This document shows positions 12,311-24,170 of a DNA stretch of 64,000 nucleotides, in pieces (the stretch's first letter is position 1; every line of letters begins with the position of its first letter). Under the pieces are notes generated by a model. The model worked only from the letters and a program-made list of their open reading frames with translations. It ran no database searches and was not told where the DNA came from. The position numbers and the translations under genes are program-made. This DNA is from Camelus dromedarius (Eukaryota): assembly GCF_036321535.1 (NCBI RefSeq), contig NC_087436.1, positions 54,314,001 to 54,378,000 of the forward strand, given 5' to 3'.

Positions 12311-14194
12311 CTCTGACTCATCACTTCTTCCTTTATCTTATATTTTTATTCTTGGTTCACTTCCTGATTTAAGTCAACACTTCTTTTCAGATTTTTATGT
12401 GAACTTTTTCTTCCCTGTTTACCTTGTAACTTATTTTTATTTCTTAGATGGTTGTGTTTTTTCCTCTCAGTTTTTTTCTTATGACAAATCAATTTTTATT
12501 TTTTTCATTTTCTGTTCACCTCTGTTTTTAATTTTTAAATTGTATTCATTTTTTCATCTTCAGAAGCTTTATTGTGGAAAATTAATTGAGTTTGGAGTTT
12601 TGTGTTAGAGTTTTCTTCTGGTGTGGCTGTGTGTGTTGGGGAGACATTCATTAGCTACTATTTCTGTTATTTTTTCTTCTTTTGCTTGTAGAGGTGTAGA
12701 CTGAGCGCATATTCATTTTGAGGATAGGCTTGGTGGTTTAGTGTACCTCAGAATACATTAAAATGCTTTAAACTGATCACATTCATCTTTTTCTTCTTTC
12801 AATACATATGGGGCCTAGTTGCTTGAAAATAAATAGAAAAGAGTTTTCTTTCTTCCTGTTCATTACTTTTGACTTAGCTCTTAAGCTATTAACAATTAAT
12901 CAAGAACATACATAGTTGTCAATTTTCTGGGGAAAGTCATTTTAATCCTGTAGCATGTGCCATGAAGACCTTAAGAGATCATGTGACTGAAGATCTTATA
13001 TTTGATGTTAATAAATCAGATTACTATGATGATACAAGTTAGCACAATGAGGAGAAATTATCGTATGCTCATTGAAAGAAATGCCTGAGCAGACTTTTAA
13101 ATTATTGAGCAAGATAGTAATTTATAGAGCACTGAAATGTAAGCAGAAGACCTGTGTTCTTGTCCTGACTTTGCTAGTGATAAATAGTAATATTAAGCCA
13201 AGTCATATTATTTGTGGACAAAATATCCTACAACTTGGAGATAAATATTTCAGGGCCTTAAGCTATTACTCGATATGAAAATAATTTTAAAGTTATATTT
13301 ATCTGAAATCCTTTGAGGAAATTACTGAGTGCTGATTGATTAGCTTTTTGATGTTGGAGGGAAGGTCAGTACTTCTAAGGGTTATCCTTCTAATAATAGA
13401 TGATGACAAAATTGCTTTCTAAAGTGGCAGGGATTGGTTAACTACAGCAATTTGGCCTCTAAGTGCAAGTTTAGGGCCACAGAGAAGACATTCTGGGTGA
13501 AAAAGGAAGGCCGAACCCTGCTAATCAAGGGTTACCTCTTCTATACATCTCACATACTGTGTTCAAACTCTAAGCAAATATTTCAAAAATCATAAATGCT
13601 TAAAAATATCTAAATGTCTTAAAATATCAAAAGGTTATATGTTTAAAAATGCATCAAAATGTTTGTCTTCTTGAGCCACTAAATAATTTGTCTACTTGGG
13701 CTCCACACAAGTCTCAGTCTAGTTCTGACTTAGAGCAAGTAACTTAGCCCCTCTGTCTCTTTATTTTTTCCATTAATAAATAAAAATAACCCTGAAGGCA
13801 TTCTAGAATTAATTTTAGTTTTAAAATTCTCAACTAGTTTAATAATAGAGAGTATATTTATTAATGCTATCCTAATTTTCTACTTATTAAATTTCTGAAA
13901 TAGTATTAAGGTATTTTGTTTACAAACTGAGAGTGTAGGGATCTAGTAATATTTTTAACAATTAAACTCACCAACAAACAATAGAGCAGAATAACTTATG
14001 AGCTCTTCAAATTGCCTTGATTCCTGGCATAAAATCTGCTGACTATAGGTACATTTTTCGTATAATCACACGATCAAGATACAAAACCACAAAATTAATT
14101 AATGTTGAAAATTATATCAAAGTTCTGGCATAATGTAAAATTAGATAACTTGAATCCCTCTTACAATACGAGAAGCATCGATAACTATTAGATA

Positions 14195-14545
14195 ATCTCT
14201 TCCTTGGTGTTCTACTGTTTCACTATGGTGCATCTAGGTGTGTATTTACTTTTTACTTATCTTCATTGGAACTTGATTTAGCTGCCTGAATCTGAGAATT
14301 CACATTTCATTTGTATTGGAAAAATGTCAACCATGACCTCTTCATATATTATCTCTTCCAAATTATCTCAATTAACTCTTTGTGAAATTCCTATTAGATG
14401 TATTCTGGGAATTCTCAGTCTTTTTTTTTTCCTAGTCTCTCGATTACATTTTCCAACTAATTGTCTCTTTAGTATTTTGGTTGATTTCTTCAGCTCTATC
14501 TTACAGTATGCTAATTCTCTCATAAACTATCATTTTAAGCTATTA
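14195..14545 (-). mobile_element. Old L1M/HAL1 ORF1 antisense fragment
   Basis: TTTCACTATGGTGCATCTAGGTGTG...GAATCTGAGAATT...GGAAAAATGTCAACCAT. Confidence 0.55.
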
Positions 14546-14691
14546 TTGTGCTACATGTAACAGAAGCCCTATTACAGTGTTGACTAAATAGAAATTTATT
14601 TTTATCACATAGCATGATATCTGAAAGTTGGCAGCCCAGGGTTGATGCAGCAGCTTTATGATAGCATGAATACCCAAGAACTTTCTTTAGT

Positions 14692-15100
14692 TGGAGGCAG
14701 GAGAAGCCAGAGAAGTTAGAATTGTGAGGACTGAATAGGTTGTTCCTACTTTGAAAATGGAGACAGCCATGTGAAAAAGAAGACGTGCAGTCTCTAGGAG
14801 CAGAGAGGCCTCCAGCTAATAGCCAGCATGGAAGCAGGGATGTCAGACCTCCAGCTGCAAGGAACTGAAATTTGTGAATAACCAGCGTCAAGTTTGGTGG
14901 GGGAATCTTTCCCTGAGCTTTCAGGTGAGGGACTCAGCCTGGCAGACACCTTGATTTTGGGCCTGTGATATCCTGAGAATAGAACCCAGCCATGCCTGCC
15001 CCAGACTTCTAACCTACAGAACTGTGAGCTAATAAACAGGCATTGTTTTAAGTCACTAGGTTTGTGGCAATTTGTTACTCAGCATTAGAAATCTGATACA
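14692..15100 (+). mobile_element. MaLR LTR (MLT1E-like), 5'-truncated
   Basis: CAGCTGCAAGGAACTGAA...CCTACAGAACTGTGAGCTAATAAAC...GTTTGTGGCAATTTGTTAC...ATACA end. Confidence 0.85.
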
Positions 15101-16509
15101 TTAGTCCAGAAAGTGAGACCCTTATTTTTTCATACTAAATGTGTTTAACATCCCTAAGAAATAATTTTATTTCATCTGTTCAAATTAATAAATGCTTTAA
15201 ATTTAAAAGATAGAATAAGCAGCATATATTTTGATTCATACTTACATTTCCCTGCTCATCTAAAATGTAATTCGATTATCTTCTGTACTTCATATATAAA
15301 AAACTCTATAGTTATGAGTATTTTTTTTATTCTTAGGAACATCATTAAATGATGTAATCACTGATTAATGTAACAACATTTGGACAAAATGAGTTCTGAA
15401 AATGCAGAAATGATAATGAAATACAGATACTGAGAAGTAGATGTCTTTATTGATTTCAAAAACAAAACAGGGACAACTTATGCTTAATAAAACTGAGAAT
15501 AAAGCATCTTCACTAAACCAAGAATAGAAAATATAGTGTATTAATTATTAGATTTTCAGCAACATTTCAGGTAATACTTAAGAATATCACATTGTGCTAT
15601 TGTTTGATTAGAGCTTTCCTGCATTTTCAACTGGCACTGTACATACATCAAGTTTAATTTGTATTGTCCAGGTTTTAATGGCATACATTAAAAATGATTG
15701 GTATGAGAAAATTATTTGTCTTCAAATAATCAAATTTCCGTAGATCTTAGATAGTATTATATCGTTTGGCCTAAAAGCCTTTCAGAGTGCAATATGTTTT
15801 GTAATATTAGATTAAATATTTTCCTTGGGAAAAGAGAAAGGCAAAGGCAAAGCCAGTTGTTTTCACTAACTTTTGGAAGGAAGGACAGGAGGAATATGGT
15901 ATAATGGAGATACCAAGAGTAAAATTGAACATTTTCCTTTCATTTTGAAAAAAAAAATCACATTGGTTTGCCAAAATGAATGCTTTAGAAATCTTTTGAA
16001 TACCTCATCTCCAAATTCATTGTATTGTTTTAAGTATATTAGTTTTAATCAAATACTGGTTGAAATCAGGCTTAAAGATTTTTAAAATTTGTACTTTATT
16101 TTAAATAATAAAAAATCTGATAGAATGACCAAGAGTTTCAGAATATATAATTTGTATTTTGAAGTGATGTTAACAATAATTTATAAAAGAAATTCACCTC
16201 AACTTTCAGTGTTATATAATGAAATAAAGAATGTAATACAGTGTTTTGTCTCTCTTATCCATGAGAATATATTTATATTGGTGACTTGGAGAAGATGGGA
16301 GGGAGAAGGTGGAAATGGTGTCTGCTGACTTCCTCAGTTTCTGGGGAAAATCACAGCCAGCCCCTAGTGTCTGCTAAATTAAAAGCCTGACCTTTAAGGC
16401 AACAGCTTTTACATTATGCAGATAACCCTGTTTGATGGAAAAAGTGGGATGTGAATGATTTTGACTGCTCCATCTAGGCTGAGCCCTGGGGTAGTAGCTG
16501 TGGCGAGTT

Positions 16510-16906
16510 CTCACATGGGAGTTAAGAATTGCTTCTTTATTTGTTAAAGTCTTGTGGATCTGGTGGACATAGGTCTGCTGGTTTCCGAGCTAAGTGTTTG
16601 ATAGCCCTTCCTGCTGGTTGGAGTCTTAAAATCTGGTATGCGGGCTGTGGAGTCTAAACCCTTCCCTCCTTGGGGAGAAGCTAGGCATTGGAGGTTCTTT
16701 CCAAGTTGTTTGGTGCTGTGGTGGGAGTGGGGTTTATGGTGAGAATGTGTCTCAGCCTTTCTTAATCATTTCGATGCATTTTCTTGTTTGTCTGATGTGT
16801 AAGAACTAGTCAGCTAGTTCCTGGATCTAGTTGAGGGATCAGAGGGAATTGTCTCCTGTGAAACTGTACATTAGGTGTATTCTTGGGAGGAGGGGAGCTC
16901 AGGATC
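16510..16906 (-). mobile_element. L1 5'UTR fragment, antisense
   Basis: GGGGTTTATGGTGAGAATGTGTCTCAGCCTTTC...GGGAGGAGGGGAGCTCAGGATC, typical of the reverse complement of an L1M 5' end. Confidence 0.6.
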
Positions 16907-17574
16907 AATGCCCAGTAAATACTCAGTTTCCATTATTTTGATTATTCATTAATTTTTATTTATTGGATAATGTTATTTGTTTGTATGAAAATAAAAGCCA
17001 ATCATGTTCTTTTCCGTTTTCTGTTGCAGAATTTGTGTTTTTTTTCACTGCTTTCTGGGAGGTATTCATGTGTAACAGAGAAGAAGCTATTAACAACAAC
17101 TATACCACTACTAATAGTTAATTGATAATTGGAATTTGTTGTTTGTTTTAAATTTTTTTGCAATAATCTTTGCATGTGAAAGTCCTAAATTTTTATTCAT
17201 ACATTTATTGTTTATTACTCTTTTCCTTTGGCTTTATTGTTTTTTTTTTCCAGTTTTTGCAATTATAGGACCCTTATCTTGAAATACATTTATGTTAGTT
17301 CTTGTTATTTTTTTTCCGTACACCATTTAAAATCTTTGGTTTAGGAAACATTTCAAACGTAGGGAAAAGGACAGAGAATAACACAGTGACTTTCATACTA
17401 ATCATCCTGCTGTATCAGACTCATGCTGCCATACATTTTAAACCTCCTCAAACAAGGATACAAAATCTCGACCCAGTACATATCAGCATTTAGGGTTTGT
17501 GGCTTTCTTTTGTCCCTACTTACTATGTAATTGAATGATCATAATCATCTAAGCTACAGCTGTCATTCACGTTG

Positions 17575-17812
17575 ATTTATTTATTTATTTTTAAATTGAA
17601 TTATAATTGATTTACAATGCGTTAGTTTCAGGTGTACAGCAAAGTGATTCAATTTTACGTGTGTGTGTGTGTATCCTTTTCAGATTCTTTTCCATTATAG
17701 GTTATTATAAGATACTGAGTATAGTTCCCTGTGCTGTACAGTAGGTCCTTGTTGGTTATCTAGTTTATATATAGCAGTGTGTTATGGTAATTACAAACTC
17801 CTAATTTATTTA
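17575..17812 (-). mobile_element. Short L1 3' end
   Basis: (TTTA)n tail, TTTCAGGTGTACAGCAAAGTGATTC...TATAGTTCCCTGTGCTGTACAGTAGGTCCTTG. Confidence 0.9.
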
Positions 17813-18129
17813 TATATATAGTCAATCAATTTTCAATGACTAGTAGGCATTCATTTAGAGCAACTCTGCCAGATTAAATTTCCACCATTCCTTTACCAGA
17901 CCCCCCCACCCCAGCCCATTTTTTCAGCACTTTGAACCTGTGGAGTTCCTAGAAAACTACAGTGCTAAGGGCTACTATCAGAATACTTTTTCTTTATCCC
18001 TGACTGTAATGTTTTGCTTTTATGATGGGTCCTCTTACAAGGCCATGTTCTGTGGCTGGTTTCCCTATTCTCTGTGGGTTACTTATATAACTTGAGAGTG
18101 ACAGGTTTCAAATAGTTAGAGAAATATAA

Positions 18130-19010
18130 GTTGGTAATGTTTCCTATAAAGGAAATTTTTAATTAAAGATTTAAACATTAAATTATAGAAAGATTTGGAC
18201 TAAAAATAATCCTTGATTCCAAAGGGCTTTTTGAATAAAGCATGAAACAGGGAAACTATAAAGGAAACATCAGATAAATGTGATTTCAAAAAGTTAAACA
18301 CTTCACTGAAAGGAAAACTAAATAACAATTACTCCGAAGCACCTTACTGACAATAAAGAAAACTCTGAAAATTTCCAAACCATAAAACAAATGCCATAAA
18401 CAAAGGCAAAGGACAAATTATGAACTAGGAATAATATTTAAAACATGTATGGAAGATGGCTATTTTTTAATGTAAAAGAGTTTATAAAATAAGAAAGAAA
18501 AAGGATGGAAAAACTCAATTAGAAAATGAGCTATACTAATAGATGCATTCTCATATTCACTTGAAATTATGAAATTAGTTTTTTAAAAAGGAAATATGTT
18601 TTCTCATTCAGGAGATTTTAAAAAAATAATATTATTTGTCAAGGGTTGGGGAAATAGATGCTCTTTTGGAAGAGTTTAAATTGTTAAAACCTCTCTGAAG
18701 CTACTTGATGATTTCATCCAAAAGTTAAGTTACAAATATCGCTTGCTTTACAATTCAAATTTTCAGGAATTTATCTTACTGACATTTGCATAGAAGTGCA
18801 TAAAATATACACATTTGCATTTATTCTGTCACTGTCTTTGACAGCGCAAGAGTAGAAATGAGTTAAATGTTCGTTGATAAAGGCTGGTTGAAGTACTAAC
18901 TGTAGAATAATACGGGAGTACTGTTTGGCAAGTGAGACTGTGCGGGTTGATGGGAGGGAGTTTCTTTTTTAACTTTTTCAATTTTTTACAATGAGAATGT
19001 TATTTAAAAT
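18130..19010 (+). mobile_element. Old L1M ORF2/3' region
   Basis: A-rich, L1-like phrases (ACTAGGAATAATATTT, AGGAATTTATCTTAC); diverged. Confidence 0.55.
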
Positions 19011-20029
19011 GCAGGAATGTGATAGAAGGGAAAAATAGAACAGTACTTGATTGCATCAAAGATTGCATCCAAGATGATCTATACTGTGTCACACGGATTA
19101 CTGTGTGATACAGATTTTAGATCTCTGAGCCAGGAGCAGACAGTAGAGGCAGATGCAGCGTCTCTTCTCTTTTTATCCAATTTAGTATTACTTATTTCAG
19201 GTAAACAAAATAAGTATTGTCTACCAACTTTTGTTTGCTATTCTGGACTATATAATTTATCAGATACTCTTCTTTGCTTCTGATTTATTGGCCTTTTTGG
19301 CTTATTTCATTTTGCTTTTAGTTTATTATATTTTTCTTTCATTTTTATATTTGCCATGAGTTCCCTGGAAAATTTGGAGTGACTTCACGAGAGATGGTAA
19401 TTAGATGCTTTTCCAAACTGAAACAACAAGCTTTTCCTTCTCTTACACTTGTCTTCTTTTTCACGTGCTTTTGTACATGCTTAATTGACTTACCTGTTTA
19501 TTGTGTAGGCATTAATACAGGCTAAGGATTTTATAAATCAGAAATTTAGTTTTCTCAAGGTAGTTTTATCTTTAAGATATTAAAAATGTTTGTGTTTCAC
19601 AAAACTGGAACCTGGGACTAGAAAATTTACATTTTTCTTTAATATATTGAAGTGTAGATTCTCCATAATTATAACAAAGACATTTAAAGTTGTTCAGTAA
19701 ACAATACCCTAAAATACATGGGAAAAGGTTAAAATAAGATTTTTTAGCATGACATTTCTTCAATAATGTTAATAAATGTTTTTTTATGTCTAATATAGAT
19801 ATTTGTTAAATTTGGCCATAAATAATTTACAATTTCATGTCAGTCTTAGTACATGTTGTCATTTGAAACAGATATATTGATATTATTTTTAACTGTTGTT
19901 CTAAAATTTAATTTATTTACCACATTGAAGAATATATTACTTTCAAATAGCACCTGTAGTAGATTTGGGGAAAAAAATAAAGTGCTACCTACATATTTGA
20001 GATATTAGGAACTCAAATATTTATAATGA

Positions 20030-20250
20030 AGTATAATAATAACCGGGAGTTGTTCGCGTGGCACTCAGTGTTGCACGTATATTGATTCATTTATCCTTAA
20101 AAGAACACTAAGGGATGTGAACTAGTGTCATTATACCTATTTTATGTGTGAGGAAATTGAGACAGAAGATTCACCCATGTTTATATGGTTAGCAAAAATG
20201 CCAGTCCAGGGCTTGAGCCCAGGCAATAGCTTCAGAGTCCATAATCTTTG
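20030..20250 (-). mobile_element. MIR
   Basis: CATTTATCCTT...CCTATTTTATGTGTGAGGAAATTGAGAC...TTGAGCCCAGGC. Confidence 0.75.
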
Positions 20251-22339
20251 CTATTGGTGGACACTAATCCCAGTGCTTAGTAAAGACTCGCTAAATTTTT
20301 GTTTTTAGGCTGATAGACCAATAGTAAGATGGTGTAGCATTTAAAAACAGTAGCATTTAAATAGCATTTTCTTACAGTACAGAGGAAACTGTACCAAATT
20401 CTTTAAAAGAAGGAAATGGAAGAAGTAAGGATATTAATATTTTTATTTTAGATCTTTTCCGTGATACCTTATGAAGTTAAATAATATTTTGGCTATTACC
20501 TTTATGTACATGACTCTGGAAAATAGTAATGGCAGCCTTGAAACCCTTTCATCTAATGTTTTATTTTGTTTTGTTTTTTTATCTATTCAGTCAACAAACA
20601 TACAGTGTTTCTAAAAAAATGTGCTGTGAAATTTGACACCAAGTATAAGATAACTTGCACAATTCTTTACTGTCACATAAGCAGCATCTGGAAAAAGAGG
20701 AGCTAATTATAATATATTTCATTTATTAGAAAATATGTTTAGGGAACATGAAGAGAGAGTAATTAGATTCCCTGCATTTCAGATGTACAAGTTGTCTTTT
20801 GCTATTGAGATCTACAACCTATGTGCCATAAAATGTTATTTTTGTGTACAGTTAACAGTACTGGAGCTCCTTCTCTCTCTGTCTAAGCAATGTTCCTTTC
20901 CTGTTGTTCCACACCGTCTTTGCCAGTTATTTGCTTTTTCTCTTCTCTTTTCATGTTTTTTGTAGTTATTCCTCTCTGTCATCACTTTTACTCTTCTCTG
21001 TCTAGATATAACCATAATTACTGTTGAAGTAGGTAATAGGATGCTAAGATATTTCTAGCTTACAGAAAGCCAGCCTGGATCATTCTGCCCACTCTTAGCT
21101 TACTAGGGATGGTGGGGTAACTTCCAAATATGAATAGTCCTATTCATCTACTGCCAGTCTCTTAAGAAGAGAAAAAAAAATGCCATGTTTTTGCACGGTG
21201 ACCTGCTAAGTATTTCTGAACATGACCTTCAGCATACATCGTGGTAGAAGGGGACTGGATGAGTGGGTGAGATCATTGAGGGCCTTCTTGAAGCTATTAA
21301 TAAGGCTATGAATATAACGCAGCAATTCTGACTTGAAGTTCTGTGGTATTTCAGTAGCAGTACCTTGAAATGATTCCTCTTTTTAAACAATGGATAATTC
21401 TTGACATACTGAACATAATGTAGATGATAATAGGGGTTGTTTGATTTCACAGAGTTTGAGCATAAATTGATTTGACTGTTATACACATTTCTCTACAGTT
21501 AATGAACAATTTTCAAAATTCTTTTACTCAAATTCATAGATAACTCACAAATCACATTCAAATTTTACCTCTCCTAAGTTTTCTAAGTTTATCAAGGTGA
21601 TTTTTAGTGCCTTATCCAAATCTGTCCAATTGGCTCTGGGAGCAATCATGTTCTTTTTAAAGAATAATTTACATTAACTTTCTTCCTTTTCACATTCAAC
21701 TTAGAAAATAATTAGCTTTTGGATTTTTATTGAGTTGATAAAATGCTGAAGAAATGATATCATGTCAGTCAGAGCTAGTATAACTAGCAATGATCTACTA
21801 CTGTGCCTCAGTAGCATTAGCATTTACAGGAAGAGAAAGGTTATATAGGCCATTTCTGTTCACATGTTTTACTTTAAATCTGCTGAGATATACATTTTTT
21901 TCTATAAAACCGGTGTCAAAGGTGGTCATGAAAAGCTCAAACATCAAAAGTAAAAGTCTACTTTTTTGATAGCAAAGAGAAAGAAATAATTTCACATAAA
22001 ATAGTAACCAAATTTAACTACCTAGAGACACACTGTAATGATTTTGTGAAAGTTAGTCCTTGGTCAGTTTAAATGGAAGTGTCCATACTTCTACATCATT
22101 GTTGAGATTTTAAATTACATTTATCTTTTCCAGAAGCTGGTGTTCTGCTTTAGGGAAAGCAGTACTTGAGCAGTCTTTACACAACAGACATTTTATAAAG
22201 AACTGCTTACATGTGAGGCAAATTTAAGCACTGGTAGGGGTTGAAAACACTTTCAAGACAGTGTCAACCCTACTTTTATGGAAAAACTCAATGATAAGGG
22301 CACACATGAGAGGGGAAGCTTCGAGGTAGACAGATACTG

Positions 22340-22640
22340 ATAGATTCATTCACTCATTCGTTAGCTCATATATCTACTCATTGATTAAAAAATGTTCATT
22401 GATCACATTCTGTGTTCTGGGCATTTCCATCATTGAGGATATGATGATGAACAAAACAGATGCTTTCTGAACCTTCAAGAAGCTTACATTTCTATGGAAA
22501 TGAATGACACTAAACAAATAAAGACTTGTTTAATTAAAAGTGTAACAGTGGCTGCAAATTTAAGAGCTGTGTATTCTGAAAGCTTATTGAAAGAACAAAT
22601 AGATTCAGGGAAGATTTGAGACCCAAAGGAGGAGCAAGAA
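22340..22640 (-). mobile_element. L2 3' end
   Basis: ATTCATTCACTCATTC...GATGAACAAAACAGA...CTTCAAGAAGCTTACATTCTA. Confidence 0.7.
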
Positions 22641-22774
22641 TTAGACAACTAAGCCAATAAGCCATGGGCCAAAATAGCCTTTTATGTAGTCTAATATCCT
22701 AGATAGTATTCTAGAATTGGGTTAATTTTTCGTGGTTCTAGTGCCCTCAAAGGCAGCAGTTACGAGTGAGATTA

Positions 22775-23200
22775 CTAGTTGCCTACCCCATATATATTTT
22801 CTTTTTCTTTCTTACTTTTTTATTTAGAAGAGCAAAATGCCCAGGTAAAACAACTACTTTTTTTAAGTTCCCTTATAGCTATTAGGTGGTTATTTGACAC
22901 AATTTTAACCAGTGGGAAGAAAGCAAAAAGTTAGTGGTTTGGGATTCTAGGAAAGTTCCTCTTAGAAAGTGTTTCAGCTGTTAAACACAATTTTTGCTTT
23001 TTGTCCTTTCCCTTTATTTCTGAAATGATAATGCTATGCAGGAGCTATGATCAGTATCTTGAGAACAGTAGGATGAGAGTCCAATCTAAGTGGTGAAACA
23101 GAAAGCATGAAAGTACCTAGATTCCCAGTGTTATTGTGGAGCCCCTATGCTCCTGGATTCCTACTGTGAGTTTTTAATTTGAGAGAATAAAAGAAAATTT
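22775..23200 (+). mobile_element. Old MaLR (MLT1)-like LTR fragment
   Basis: TTCCCTTATAGCTATTAGGTGG...TTCTAGGAAAGTTCCT...GAGAGAATAAA; diverged. Confidence 0.45.
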
Positions 23201-23403
23201 GATCTGCAGATATGTAGGGTACACAGAATCTTTTACCTGTGGAAACCTTGCCTTCCTTCTTGTCAGGTGGCTTTTTTCTTTCTGCTCTTACATTGACAAA
23301 GAAAGAAATATTCAAGTAAATATGGTGTATTTGTTTAATGTGCTATTTATGTTTATGTGTTTATACAAACAGTAATAGAATTAAAAAGTAAAGGATATCA
23401 GTT

Positions 23404-23557
23404 TGAAAATTGCACCTCTTGGGGAGTGATGGAAATGTTACCTATCTTGATTGTGGTGGTTTCATTGGTGTCTACATCTATCAAAATTCATAAAAATGTA
23501 TGTCTGAAGTATGTGTCGTTTACTGTACAGGAATCATACCACAATAAAGGTGTTCAC
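23404..23557 (+). mobile_element. Old L1M (MC/ME) 3' terminal fragment with perfect 21-bp TSD
   Basis: TTGGGGAGTGATGGAAATGTT...TCTTGATTGTGGTGGT...CAATAAAG. TSD AAAAAGTAAAGGATATCAGTT at 23383-23403 and 23558-23578. Confidence 0.85.
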
Positions 23558-23579
23558 AAAAAGTAAAGGATATCAGTTC

Positions 23580-24170
23580 TAGCTAGAGTGATCAAGAATT
23601 CTTCATGGAAGATGTTCCCTTTGGACTGAGTTTTAAAATTGGCAGTTTACCTTCAAATTTAGAAAGGCTTTGCATATCAAGGAGAATTTTCTGAATTTTT
23701 TTCCCCATAGACACTTGGGAGCCAATGAATGCTTCTAGCAGATGTCTGCCGTGTTTTGGTACAATAACTATCTGCTGCCGGGATGCCAGAGGTTTGAGAC
23801 TGGAACACCTAAAGGTTAAAGAGGTGGTTAGTACAGATGTCAGGTAGTATTTTAGAGTGCTTTCCAGGGTTTTTTTGGTAGTAAGGAAAGAGAGGGTTGA
23901 CTGGTTGGTTTTTTTTTTTTTTTTTTTTCAGATGTGAGAAAGAAGGTGAAAAAAAGTGAGAGCCAGCTTTCTGTTTTCAGGCCTGGCTAGATAAGGAGTT
24001 ACTGTAGGCAGGAGAGAAAGGACAGATGGTTGGCTAGTTGGGGAAGGGAAGATAATGAGTTTTATTTTAAGGCTATCTGAGAATAATGAAGTGGAAATGT
24101 ATAGCAGACAACTGGAAATTTGTGACTCAAGTGTGAGTTGCATAATGTTATGTTGAAGAAATTAGGTGAA
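23580..24170 (-). mobile_element. L2 fragment
   Basis: GGGAGCCAATGAATGCTTCTAGCAG...GATAATGAGTTT...AAGTGGAAATGTATAGCAGACAACTGG. Confidence 0.6.
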
